The position numbers were made by a program, and so were the translations under genes. The notes beneath the pieces were generated by a model, which was not told where the DNA came from, did no database searches, and worked only from the letters and a program-made list of their open reading frames with translations. A stretch of 64,000 bases of DNA from a virus (lineage: Duplodnaviria > Heunggongvirae > Uroviricota > Caudoviricetes), in IMG/VR virus record IMGVR_UViG_3300047554_000375, one strand, 5' to 3'. The first letter of the stretch is position 1. Each line of letters begins with the position of its first letter. Of the stretch, positions 49,390 through 58,636 are shown in pieces.

Positions 49390-51678
49390 ATGAAATTTAC
49401 ACAAGAATCCAAGTCTCAGTTAGCCAAGTTGATGGCTACTGAGAACATCATTGTTGAACACCAAAAAATTTCAACTGCGGCTTTCAACCTCAAAGACCGT
49501 GTGTTGTATTGCCCAATCTGGACAGATATGTCCGGTGATTTGTATGACTTATTGCTAGGTCACGAAGTTGGTCACGCATTAGAGACACCAGAACAAGGCT
49601 GGCACAATGCCGTTGTTGGCTCTGGTAAGTTTGCTAAGAATTTCAAACACTTCCTTAATGTTGTTGAGGATGCTCGTATTGAGAAGAAAATGAAACGCCG
49701 CTATCCTGGCTTGCGTAGTTCATTTGTAAAAGGTTATGGTCAATTGATTGACCGTGACTTCTTTGGTCTTAAGGATCGTGATATCAATTCAATGCCATTC
49801 ATTGACCGTTTGAATCTTCACACAAAAGGTGGTGTTCAAATGGGTGTCACCTTTAGTGTTGAAGAACACAAATTGGTTGACCAAGTTGAAGGTTGCGAGA
49901 CATGGGATGATGTTGTCCGTGTTACCGAAGCCGTGTATGATTATTCCAAACAAGAACAAAAAGAACTAGAAGACAAAAAATATAAAATGCCTTCTCGTTC
50001 GTTTGATGACATGGACGATTATGACATGGAAGATTCCGATGGTATGGATGGTGAATCATCTTTCGGTAATCAAAAAACTGACAATGACACTTCACCAAAA
50101 GAATCAAAGCAGGAAGATAAAGCGCAAGCCGAATCTGATGAAGATGGTGCCGAATCTGAAAAATCTGGTGATGAAGAAACCAACGAATACAATCGTGATA
50201 AAGAATCTCGTTCCGTTTGGAATGAAGAAACCGACTTTGATGACTTTGAACCAGAATGTGAGACTGACAAAAACTTCCGTGAAAACGAAGTGAAATTGTT
50301 GGATGCTCGTTGTAAAGAATATGTTTATGTAAATCTACCTAAACCTATTATGAAAAATATTCTTACGCCAGTTAAACGGGTGCATGAATTGATGGTTGAA
50401 TCTTGGCAAAATAACAGTCCTGGTTACGACAAATATCGTGAACAAATGTATTCTGAATTCAAGCAAAAGAATGACCGCTATGTTGGTTTGCTTGCTAAAG
50501 AATTTGAAATGCGTAAAGCCGCTTCTAAATTTGCAAAAGCAAAAGTATCTGAATCTGGTGATATTGATATCAGCCGTATCTACAAATACCAAGTTGATGA
50601 TAATATCTTCCGTAAGATTACTAAAGTGCCAAAAGGCAAATCACATGGCTTAGTTATGTTGTTTGACCGTTCCGGTTCTATGCAATATAACTTGGGTTCT
50701 ACGATTGAACAAATGATGGTTGTTGCATCATTCTGCCGTAAAGTTAATATTCCATTCGTGGTATATGGCTTCGGTAACAATGAACACGGCTATTATACTG
50801 ACCATGATGTTCATGCAGGTAATTCTTTCTCTCGTGACAAAAACGAAATTGCAATGGAAAAAGTTTTCTTGCGTGAGTATTTGAATTCACGAATGAATAA
50901 TTCCGAATTCCAACGCTGTATGAAAAACTTGGCTTTGTTGGCGAATGCTTATGCACCTCGTTCACAACGCAAAGTTCATGTACCATCTAGCGAAGGTTTG
51001 TCAAACACACCGATGATTGAAGCAATGGTAGCGATGCAACCTTTGACTATTGAATTCCGTGAGCAAAACAAACTGGATATCGTTAACATGGTTCTGTTGC
51101 ATGATGGTGATGCCGATAATCTGAACTATGTTTGTAACGGTACAACTGGAACATATTTTGATATCCAACGCCACAATGTTATCATTCAAGATAAGAAAAA
51201 TAAGTTCCAAAAACATGCGGAACATATTGACTATGATAACGGTTTGCGTAAAGCCGTGTTTGATTGGTACACACAAACCACTGGTGCTAAGGTAGTTGGC
51301 TTCTTTATTACTGCTTGTGGTTCAACTGGCGCACATATGCGTGGCACAATTGAACGCCGTTATGTTACCGAGAAGGGTGATTCACTCTGGGCAAAGCGTT
51401 ACGGTAATAACAATAATATGTCATATGAAGCCCGTGCGATATCGGATGAATTGTTTAAGCAAATGCGTGACAATCGTTTTGTGGAATCACACAATCTTGG
51501 CTATGGTAAGTTCTTTATCATTCCTGGTGGCGATGAACTTGCGGTTGAAAACGAAAGTTTACAAATTGAAGGTAACTTCACACCTGCTAAATTGCGTAAT
51601 GCATTTATCAAAATGAACAAAAAGAAGCAGGTCAGCCGTGTGCTGGTGAATCGTTTCATTGGGTTAATTGCCTTGTGA
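49390..51678 (+). CDS. Metallopeptidase-like plus von Willebrand A domain protein (CobT-like partner of MoxR ATPase)
   Basis: GHEVGH (HExxH), NVVEDARIEK, acidic linker, FDRSGSM MIDAS, LSNTPM, LHDGDA. Confidence 0.85.
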   Translation: MKFTQESKSQLAKLMATENIIVEHQKISTAAFNLKDRVLYCPIWTDMSGDLYDLLLGHEVGHALETPEQGWHNAVVGSGKFAKNFKHFLNVVEDARIEKKMKRRYPGLRSSFVKGYGQLIDRDFFGLKDRDINSMPFIDRLNLHTKGGVQMGVTFSVEEHKLVDQVEGCETWDDVVRVTEAVYDYSKQEQKELEDKKYKMPSRSFDDMDDYDMEDSDGMDGESSFGNQKTDNDTSPKESKQEDKAQAESDEDGAESEKSGDEETNEYNRDKESRSVWNEETDFDDFEPECETDKNFRENEVKLLDARCKEYVYVNLPKPIMKNILTPVKRVHELMVESWQNNSPGYDKYREQMYSEFKQKNDRYVGLLAKEFEMRKAASKFAKAKVSESGDIDISRIYKYQVDDNIFRKITKVPKGKSHGLVMLFDRSGSMQYNLGSTIEQMMVVASFCRKVNIPFVVYGFGNNEHGYYTDHDVHAGNSFSRDKNEIAMEKVFLREYLNSRMNNSEFQRCMKNLALLANAYAPRSQRKVHVPSSEGLSNTPMIEAMVAMQPLTIEFREQNKLDIVNMVLLHDGDADNLNYVCNGTTGTYFDIQRHNVIIQDKKNKFQKHAEHIDYDNGLRKAVFDWYTQTTGAKVVGFFITACGSTGAHMRGTIERRYVTEKGDSLWAKRYGNNNNMSYEARAISDELFKQMRDNRFVESHNLGYGKFFIIPGGDELAVENESLQIEGNFTPAKLRNAFIKMNKKKQVSRVLVNRFIGLIAL

Positions 51679-51687
51679 CATTTTTAC

Positions 51688-51727
51688 AACACCACCTCTT
51701 GACAATGTGGTGTTTTTTTGTTAAAAT
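51688..51727 (+). promoter_or_regulatory. Sigma70-type promoter inside a terminator-like inverted repeat
   Basis: AACACCAC/GTGGTGTT arms around TTGACA (51699-704) then a T-run; TAAAAT at 51722-27, 17-nt spacer. Confidence 0.75.
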
Positions 51728-51757
51728 ACTTGTATTGAATGATTAATTGGAGTTGTA

Positions 51758-52918
51758 ATGAGTAAACGTGATTTGTTTTTGTCTCTCGCCGCCGCCACTG
51801 GTAAGTCTGTTATGTCACGCCAGGAGATTGAAGACTTGTGTGCCGAGAAAGGCATTAACTTCCCACAATGGTTCGCAAAAGATCCAGCCAATCGTGCTAG
51901 CCGTGGTCTATATAATATTCCTAATACTAATTCTGTAGCCATGGTTGCTACAGTTACACCTATGAAAAAAGTTGATACACCACAAACTGGTAACCGTATT
52001 GCTAGTGTTACTACCGAACTAGAAACTGAGAATCTGGTTCCTTCCGTTTATAAGAACTATGTTCCTTTCGGTAATTACCAAGACTTGTTGGCTATCGTTC
52101 AAAGTAATCAGTTCTTTCCAATCTTCATTACTGGTCAATCTGGTAACGGCAAAACAATGTCCGTTGAACAAGCCTGTGCAAAAGCAAAACGCAAATTCGT
52201 TTGTATCTCTATGACACCTGATACCGATGAATCAGATTTGCTTGGTAACTATGTTTTGATTAATGGTCAGATGGAATGGCGTGACGGTCCTGTTACAATC
52301 GCCGCACGACAAGGTGCCGTTTTGTGTATTGACGAAATTGACTACGGTGCTCAAAACTTGTCCTGCTTGCAACGGGTTCTTGAAGGTAAGCCTTTTATGT
52401 TGAAGAAAAAAGGCGAGACTGTTACACCAGCACCTGGCTTTACGATTGTTGCTACCGCTAACACAAAGGGTAAGGGTTCTGATGATGGTCGTTATATGTT
52501 TACCAATGTATTGAACGAAGCCTTCCTTGAACGATTCTTGAATACTTACGAACAAGAATATCCACCAACTTCCGTTGAGAAGAAAATTATCAAGAAAGAA
52601 TTGGTGGCTGTTGGTAAAGAAGATGATACCTTTGCCGATATGTTGGTAACTTGGGCTGATACAATTCGCAAAACATTCGCCGAAGGTGGTGTTGATGAGA
52701 TTATCTCCACACGCCGCTTGGTACACATTGTTAAAACATATGGTGTGCATGGTGACCGTTTGAAGGCTGTTAGTCTCTGTTTGAATCGTTTTGATGATGA
52801 TACCAAAATGTCATTCTTGGATTTGTATACCAAACTTGATGCAGAGGCTAATAAAGCAAATCAGCCAGCAGAAGATATTCCTGCACCAATCCAACCTGAT
52901 GTTGAAATTCCTTTCTAA
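51758..52918 (+). CDS. MoxR/CobS-like AAA+ ATPase
   Basis: GQSGNGKT Walker A, LCIDEID Walker B, ATAN, NEAFLERF, ISTRRL. Confidence 0.9.
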   Translation: MSKRDLFLSLAAATGKSVMSRQEIEDLCAEKGINFPQWFAKDPANRASRGLYNIPNTNSVAMVATVTPMKKVDTPQTGNRIASVTTELETENLVPSVYKNYVPFGNYQDLLAIVQSNQFFPIFITGQSGNGKTMSVEQACAKAKRKFVCISMTPDTDESDLLGNYVLINGQMEWRDGPVTIAARQGAVLCIDEIDYGAQNLSCLQRVLEGKPFMLKKKGETVTPAPGFTIVATANTKGKGSDDGRYMFTNVLNEAFLERFLNTYEQEYPPTSVEKKIIKKELVAVGKEDDTFADMLVTWADTIRKTFAEGGVDEIISTRRLVHIVKTYGVHGDRLKAVSLCLNRFDDDTKMSFLDLYTKLDAEANKANQPAEDIPAPIQPDVEIPF

Positions 52919-52935
52919 GTAATTTCACATTTACC

Positions 52936-52977
52936 GCACAGAGTATTGACTTACTCTGTGCTTTTTGCTATTATAAT
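52936..52977 (+). promoter_or_regulatory. Terminator-like hairpin whose loop is a -35 box; extended -10 promoter
   Basis: GCACAGAGTA-TTGACT-TACTCTGTGC-TTTTT; TGc-TATTAT at 17 nt spacing, overlapping TATAAT at 52972. Confidence 0.75.
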
Positions 52978-53042
52978 GAATATTGAGACTTTAATCACCT
53001 CTCAATTTATTTTACAAGTGTGATTATATTATGGAGTTAAAT

Positions 53043-53294
53043 ATGAAATTATCCGCTAAACAAAAAATGTTGAATGTTTTGTCTAAGAAAGATGGCTACA
53101 ACACCTTCACAGTAGCACAAGCCCGTCATCGCTTTGGTATTACCAATGTTGCGGCTCGTATCGCTGAGTTGCGTGAAGATGGTCACCCAATCTACACAAA
53201 CACCCGTAAATTGGAAGACGGTCGTAAAATTTCTTTCTATCGCCTTGGTACACCAACCAAGCGTATGCTTAAAGCCAAGCGCACATTTGCCTAA
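53043..53294 (+). CDS. Winged helix-turn-helix protein
   Basis: FTVAQAR.RFGI.NVAARI.ELR..G..IYT pattern; GGAG SD. Confidence 0.7.
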   Translation: MKLSAKQKMLNVLSKKDGYNTFTVAQARHRFGITNVAARIAELREDGHPIYTNTRKLEDGRKISFYRLGTPTKRMLKAKRTFA

Positions 53295-53311
53295 TTTTAG
53301 GTAGATTTTTT

Positions 53312-53351
53312 GAGGGATTGAGATATATAATTATATCTCTCCCTCTTTTTT
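53312..53351 (+). terminator. Rho-independent terminator
   Basis: GAGGGA..GAGATATA/TATATCTC-TCCCTC followed by T6. Confidence 0.75.
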
Positions 53352-53362
53352 ATGGATAAATT

Positions 53363-54178
53363 ATGGAAATAAAAGTTAAAATTGAAGACTTGAAACAACA
53401 TAAACTGTTTGTTGCTACACCGATGTACGGTGGTCAAGCGCACGGCATGTATGTCAAGGCTTGTCTTGATTTGCAAGGACTATTGAATAAGTATGGTGTC
53501 GAAGTTCGATTCTCATTCTTGTTTAATGAATCTCTTATTACAAGAGCACGAAATTATTTGGTCGATGAATTCTTGCGTTCAGATTGTACGCATATGCTTT
53601 TCATTGATTCGGATGTTCACTACAATCCACAAGATGTTATTGCATTGTTGGCACTTGATAAAGATGTTATCGGTGGACCATATCCTAAGAAAGCAATCAA
53701 CTGGAATAATGTGGCACACGCCGCACGAACACATCCAGATATGAATCCACATGAATTAGAAAATGTAGTCGGCGATTATGTTTTCAATGTGGTTAAAGGT
53801 ACACAACAATTCTCAGTTAATGAACCGCTTGAAGTTTTGGAAATCGGTACTGGTTACATGATGATTAAGCGTGATGTATTCAAACGAATGGAAGAAGCCT
53901 ATCCACAATTGCGCTATCGTCCTGACCATGTTGGGCAAGCAAACTTTGATGGCTCACGCTACATTCATGCATACTTTGATACAATCATTGATACTGCTGA
54001 TAGTGCAACAGGTGGTGGTTCTGACCGTTACTTGTCCGAGGACTATATGTTCTGCCAACTCTGGCGTAAAATCGGTGGTACAATTTTCTTGTGTCCATGG
54101 ATGAGAACACAACACATCGGTACATATCCTTTCACTGGCAACATGCCAAAGATTGCTGAACTTACAGGAAAACTATAA
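53363..54178 (+). CDS. GT-A fold glycosyltransferase-like protein of unknown acceptor
   Basis: VATPMYGG, SLITRARN, MLFIDSD (DxD), IGTGYM, SEDY.FC. Confidence 0.7.
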   Translation: MEIKVKIEDLKQHKLFVATPMYGGQAHGMYVKACLDLQGLLNKYGVEVRFSFLFNESLITRARNYLVDEFLRSDCTHMLFIDSDVHYNPQDVIALLALDKDVIGGPYPKKAINWNNVAHAARTHPDMNPHELENVVGDYVFNVVKGTQQFSVNEPLEVLEIGTGYMMIKRDVFKRMEEAYPQLRYRPDHVGQANFDGSRYIHAYFDTIIDTADSATGGGSDRYLSEDYMFCQLWRKIGGTIFLCPWMRTQHIGTYPFTGNMPKIAELTGKL

Positions 54179-54399
54179 TGGGTGAAATTGAAAATCTACA
54201 TGTACCTCAAAGACTTGATGGTGAAACTTTTGAAGCGTATCAGGAACGCCGATTCATGTCTCGTGTTCGTAACAAAATGAATGCTAAGGGCTATATGCTT
54301 TGGAATTCAAAAGAACAAGGACAATATGTCAAAAATAAAAATTTGACTAATGAATTGATGCCTTTGATTGATGATGCTTTTGTGGAAATGACACAATGA
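54178..54399 (+). CDS. Hypothetical protein
   Basis: Overlapping start/stop in operon. Confidence 0.55.
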   Translation: MGEIENLHVPQRLDGETFEAYQERRFMSRVRNKMNAKGYMLWNSKEQGQYVKNKNLTNELMPLIDDAFVEMTQ

Positions 54400-54713
54400 C
54401 CGAAGGACGCAAGTATGATGGTGGTAAACTAGAATATGGTTTGTTGCCTCCTCTTGCACTTGAGGAGACAGTTAGAGTGCTGACATTCGGTGCTCAAAAA
54501 TATGAAAGAGATAACTGGCAAAAAGTACCAGATTCTAAGCGTAGATATTTTGATGCGATGCAAAGACATGTTTGGGCATGGAAACAAGGAGAACAACTTG
54601 ATCCAGAATCTGGTATTCATCACTTAGCACATGCTATGTGTTGCTTGATGTTTTTATATGAGCATGATATACTATACTCTCGTGAACAAATTTATAATGG
54701 AGAAACTAAATGA
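54396..54713 (+). CDS. dATP/dGTP diphosphohydrolase N-terminal domain protein (DUF5664-like)
   Basis: GRKYDGGK..Y.LLP, VLTFGAQKY..DNW, DPESG.HHLAHA.CCL.FL. Confidence 0.85.
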   Translation: MTEGRKYDGGKLEYGLLPPLALEETVRVLTFGAQKYERDNWQKVPDSKRRYFDAMQRHVWAWKQGEQLDPESGIHHLAHAMCCLMFLYEHDILYSREQIYNGETK

Positions 54714-55393
54714 AACTATCTAAAGATACACTAGAACTTTTGAAAAACTTTGCAAGCATTAATGACGGTATTGTTTTCCGTGCAGGAAAAACATTGCGTA
54801 CATGTGATGCATCTAAACAAGTATTGGCTGAGACTACAATCTCTGAAGAAATTCCTTCCGAGTTTGGTATCTTTGACTTGAACCGATTCTTGTCTGCTTT
54901 GAGCCTGCATCGTGGTGATAGTGAAATGAATATTGATGTTACAACCAAGTCTGCTGTTTTGACAGGTAACTCTGGTCGTAGCACAATCACTTATCGTTTG
55001 TGTGATACAACTATGGTTAAAAATGCACCAGAGAAATCAATCGTTATGCCAACGAGTGATGTTACATTCACACTTGAACAACAAGACCTTGAAGACATTT
55101 TGAAAGCATCCTCTGTGTTGGCGACACCACATGTTGCAATCAAATCAGATGGTAGCAAAGTTTTCTTGACAGCCATCGACAACAAAAACACATCTACACA
55201 CACAAACCAAATTGAAATTGGTACAGGCAACGGTAAAAAATATACCATGTTGTTTAAGACCGAGAACTTGAAAATGATTCCTGGCACATATGAAGTTGTT
55301 ATTTCATTCAAAGGCTTGGCATCATTCAAGAACACATCTAAGCCATTGCAATATTGGGTTGCTACTGAAGTTGGTTCTTCTGGAGAAGCCTAA
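54710..55393 (+). CDS. gp45: Sliding clamp gp45
   Basis: MKLSKDTL.LLKNFASIN, FGIFDLNRFL, FKTENLKMIPG.Y.V. Confidence 0.93.
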   Translation: MKLSKDTLELLKNFASINDGIVFRAGKTLRTCDASKQVLAETTISEEIPSEFGIFDLNRFLSALSLHRGDSEMNIDVTTKSAVLTGNSGRSTITYRLCDTTMVKNAPEKSIVMPTSDVTFTLEQQDLEDILKASSVLATPHVAIKSDGSKVFLTAIDNKNTSTHTNQIEIGTGNGKKYTMLFKTENLKMIPGTYEVVISFKGLASFKNTSKPLQYWVATEVGSSGEA

Positions 55394-55566
55394 TGTTTAT
55401 TTACATTAATGATACCAACAATCAAACTTGGGCAATTAATGTGAACAAAGTAACCAAGGTAGCCGAAAGCGATAAGTCTACCTTGATTTATTTTGATAAT
55501 GGTGATATAATCAAGGTACATACACCGATTCTTGAATTGGTACCACGATTGAATAATCAATCTTGA
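55393..55566 (+). CDS. 57-aa ORF missing from the track, FlbD-like pattern
   Basis: ATG overlaps the g45 stop (TAATG); MFIYINDTNNQTWAINVNKVTKVAESDKSTLIYFDNGDIIKVHTPILELVPRLNNQS. Confidence 0.6.
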   Translation: MFIYINDTNNQTWAINVNKVTKVAESDKSTLIYFDNGDIIKVHTPILELVPRLNNQS

Positions 55567-55592
55567 TTTGAATTTTATATTATGGAGTTGTT

Positions 55593-56528
55593 ATGGAACA
55601 TTTATTGTGGGTTGAGAAACATCGACCACAAACTATTGACGAATGCATTTTGCCTGACCGCCTTAAAAAGCCGTTTCAGGAATATGTAAAGTCAAATCAC
55701 ATCCCTCATCTGTTGCTATCTGGTAGCGCAGGTGTTGGTAAGACAACTGTTGCCAAAGCATTGTGTAATCAGATTGGTGCTGACTATCTTGTAATCAACG
55801 GCTCTGATGAGGGTCGTTTGATTGATACATTCCGCACCAAGATTAAAGACTTTGCATCTTCTATGTCATTCACTGGTGGTAAGAAAGTTATCATCATTGA
55901 TGAGGCTGACTATATGAATGCCGAATCTGTGCAACCAGCGTTGCGTAGTTTCATGGAAGAGTTTGCTGGCAACTGTTCATTCATCTTTACTTGTAACTTT
56001 AAGAGTAAGATTATTGAGCCTCTTCATTCTCGTTGTGCTGTTATCGACTTCACATTAAAGAATGATGAGAAAACACCTATGGCTGGTTTGTTCTTCAAAC
56101 GCATCCAGGGTATTCTTGATACTGAAAAAGTTGAGTATGAACCAAAGGTTATTGCTGAGTTGGTGAAGAAACACTTCCCAGACTTTCGCCGTATCCTAAA
56201 TGAACTACAAAGATATTCACAGTTTGGTAAAATCGACACTGGTATCTTGGCACAACTTACTGATGTATCTATCGGTGAGATTGTTAAACATCTAAAGAAC
56301 AAAGACTTCGGGGCGATTCGCAAATGGGTTGCTGTTGCTGATGTTGACCCAACAACTCTGTATCGTAAAATCTATGATAACTTGTATGAAGTTTTGCAAC
56401 CACAAAGCATTCCACAAGCAGTTATCATTCTTGCTGACTATCAATACAAACAAGCATTCGTTGCTGACCATGAAATCAACACCGTTGCATGTTTGACTGA
56501 ATTGATGGTTAGTGTTGAATTTAAATGA
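55593..56528 (+). CDS. gp44: Clamp loader large subunit gp44
   Basis: WVEKHRP, GSAGVGKTT, IIDEAD, PLHSRC. Confidence 0.96.
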   Translation: MEHLLWVEKHRPQTIDECILPDRLKKPFQEYVKSNHIPHLLLSGSAGVGKTTVAKALCNQIGADYLVINGSDEGRLIDTFRTKIKDFASSMSFTGGKKVIIIDEADYMNAESVQPALRSFMEEFAGNCSFIFTCNFKSKIIEPLHSRCAVIDFTLKNDEKTPMAGLFFKRIQGILDTEKVEYEPKVIAELVKKHFPDFRRILNELQRYSQFGKIDTGILAQLTDVSIGEIVKHLKNKDFGAIRKWVAVADVDPTTLYRKIYDNLYEVLQPQSIPQAVIILADYQYKQAFVADHEINTVACLTELMVSVEFK

Positions 56529-56812
56529 TAGATATTTTTCGACCAACTATAGAGTGGATTAAAGATGACTACAAAACGAATCGAATCCGATTCATTGTTG
56601 AACTACTTGCATGGGCAACTAGCCTATCTTGCAGTATCGGTATGGCAGTTACTGTGCCTAATCCTCCTCTTATGTACCTTTACCCTGCTTGGGTTAGTGG
56701 CTGTGCCATGTATGCTTGGGCTGCTTGGAGCAGAAAAAGTTTTGGAATGTTAGCCAATTATATTTTATTGACAACTATTGATTCAATTGCCCTTATAAGG
56801 ATGTGGATATGA
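56525..56812 (+). CDS. Small membrane protein (about three TM segments)
   Basis: Three hydrophobic stretches; overlaps the g44 stop. Confidence 0.6.
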   Translation: MIDIFRPTIEWIKDDYKTNRIRFIVELLAWATSLSCSIGMAVTVPNPPLMYLYPAWVSGCAMYAWAAWSRKSFGMLANYILLTTIDSIALIRMWI

Positions 56813-57396
56813 TAAGTGATTATGGTGGTAAATCATTAGGTTGGTTTACACGAAGTGAAGTATTAGAAATTCAAAATCATATAACTGCGGCTGTGTATTC
56901 ATTCACTTACGCAAAAGAGAAACCTGATTCTAAAATTATGCCATATGAATTGTCACACACTTTTTATATTGGCATGTCTGGTGGTTTAAAAGAAGAGTAT
57001 TACTTTGACCGAAAGAATAAACACACAGGAAAAGGCACTCTATATACAAGTTTTGCTAAACGAAATAATTTTCATTGGCCATTCTTAGAGAGATTAAATA
57101 AGAAAAGTCCTAAGAAGTATAGAATTTTCCATGAAGTATATAAAACAGAACAAACTGAAGGTGAAGTATATCAACACATTTATGTTCCTGTTAAAGAGAT
57201 GCAACAAAAACTACTTAGATGCTATTTGAGCAAAATTGAATCGGATTTTATCTATTACTATGCGAATAGATATGAAGATGTTCCTATGCTAAATTTTGCA
57301 GAGAATGGCACTATCAGTAGAATTTTTGATGTTGAAAGTGTTTCTGCTAGATACAAAGAATTTGTTTCCCAAAATGATTTAAGTGAGTTTTTATGA
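56803..57396 (+). CDS. Hypothetical protein with degenerate GIY-YIG-like motif
   Basis: AVYSF...FYIGMS; visibly more AT-rich than the flanks. Confidence 0.45.
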   Translation: MDMISDYGGKSLGWFTRSEVLEIQNHITAAVYSFTYAKEKPDSKIMPYELSHTFYIGMSGGLKEEYYFDRKNKHTGKGTLYTSFAKRNNFHWPFLERLNKKSPKKYRIFHEVYKTEQTEGEVYQHIYVPVKEMQQKLLRCYLSKIESDFIYYYANRYEDVPMLNFAENGTISRIFDVESVSARYKEFVSQNDLSEFL

Positions 57397-57650
57397 TGTA
57401 TGATGTAAATTTACCTGTGGGTTTGAATTCCCAAACTGTGACAACTTCAGTTTCTACTGCTCCACCACCATCTGTAATGCTGGCAAAGCCTTTGTCGTAT
57501 CAGTTTCAGGTTGTGGAATATGTGGATAAAGATGATAAAGTTATTAAAGTTGAATTGCAGGTTCAAAAAACTGAGCATGACAACTATGGTAATGTTATTC
57601 AAAGTTCTGGTTTTCAACCAGTGCCTCGTATTAAATTGCCTTTGCCATGA
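57393..57650 (+). CDS. Hypothetical protein
   Basis: Overlapping start/stop in operon. Confidence 0.5.
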   Translation: MMYDVNLPVGLNSQTVTTSVSTAPPPSVMLAKPLSYQFQVVEYVDKDDKVIKVELQVQKTEHDNYGNVIQSSGFQPVPRIKLPLP

Positions 57651-58033
57651 GTAGCCCTTTTGATTATGTGAATGAGATTCTTCAAACGAAGAAACAACTC
57701 ATTGTGGATGCCCAAACTGAGAAAGCCTATGAGCCATTCTTGGTGAACAAAACACTTTCCTACCACAAGGACTGTATCATGTACGCTAATGAAATGAATC
57801 GTAGGCACCAGTTGGACAAAAAATTACAAAATGATTATTTACTAAATACCATAAGGCCTAGAAAAAGGTCGTTCAATAAGTGGGTTAAGGCTGAAAAAAG
57901 TGAAGATTTAGCATGTGTTAAGACTTATTTTGGTTACTCTGATGCCAAAGCACGAGAAGCCTTGCGCCTACTTTCCGATGAACAAATCCAACAATTAAAA
58001 GAAAAAACCGATATAGGTGGATTGAGGAAATGA
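57647..58033 (+). CDS. gp62: Clamp loader small subunit gp62
   Basis: YEPFLVNK.LSYH.DCIMYANEMN, V..YFGYS..KA.EAL.LL. Confidence 0.92.
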   Translation: MSSPFDYVNEILQTKKQLIVDAQTEKAYEPFLVNKTLSYHKDCIMYANEMNRRHQLDKKLQNDYLLNTIRPRKRSFNKWVKAEKSEDLACVKTYFGYSDAKAREALRLLSDEQIQQLKEKTDIGGLRK

Positions 58034-58036
58034 TAT

Positions 58037-58438
58037 ATGGTAGACTTAGCAAATTTTGTTGAGGTGACATTAAAAGAACAAGATGATTTTTTGAAAGTGC
58101 GTGAAACATTGACCAGAATTGGTGTCTCTTCTAGAAAAGAAAAGATGTTGTACCAATCTTGTCACATCCTTCACAAGAAAGGACAATACTACATTGTTCA
58201 CTTTAAGGAACTGTTTGCGCTGGATGGTAAAGATTCTAGCATTACTGATAATGACATTGAAAGACGCAACGCTATTGCAAAACTCCTAGAAGAATGGGGT
58301 CTGGTAAAGATTGTTAATCCACAAGTGATGGGCGAAATGATAGCACCATTACACCAGATTAAGATTATTTCTTTCCGAGAAAAGGATGACTGGCAGTTAG
58401 TTAGCAAGTATAATATTGGGAAGAAGCCACAAGAATGA
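58037..58438 (+). CDS. regA: Translational repressor RegA
   Basis: DDFLKVRETLTRIG, LYQSCHILHK.G.YYIVHFKELF.LDG, RRN.IA.LL.EWGL. Confidence 0.96.
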   Translation: MVDLANFVEVTLKEQDDFLKVRETLTRIGVSSRKEKMLYQSCHILHKKGQYYIVHFKELFALDGKDSSITDNDIERRNAIAKLLEEWGLVKIVNPQVMGEMIAPLHQIKIISFREKDDWQLVSKYNIGKKPQE

Positions 58439-58447
58439 GGTTAAATT

Positions 58448-58636
58448 ATGAAACAAGTGAAAGAAAAAATTACACAACTGAGAAACATCTATACAGGTGA
58501 AGTGGTAAAGACCAGCAATTTGTTTGAGAAAAGAATTGATGGCAACATGACATTCATCCAAGTATTCACAGAGCAAAATCCTGACAGAAAATATTTTGTC
58601 AATCAAGAGGCTTTTGTGACGATGGCGAATAAATAA
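58448..58636 (+). CDS. Hypothetical protein
   Basis: GAGG SD, clean ORF. Confidence 0.55.
   Translation: MKQVKEKITQLRNIYTGEVVKTSNLFEKRIDGNMTFIQVFTEQNPDRKYFVNQEAFVTMANK
58628..58635 (+). promoter_or_regulatory. Possible late promoter AATAAATA ahead of the Hsp20 leader
   Basis: One mismatch to TATAAATA; the same variant occurs at 19887, 33334 and 35620 before late genes. Confidence 0.4.
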
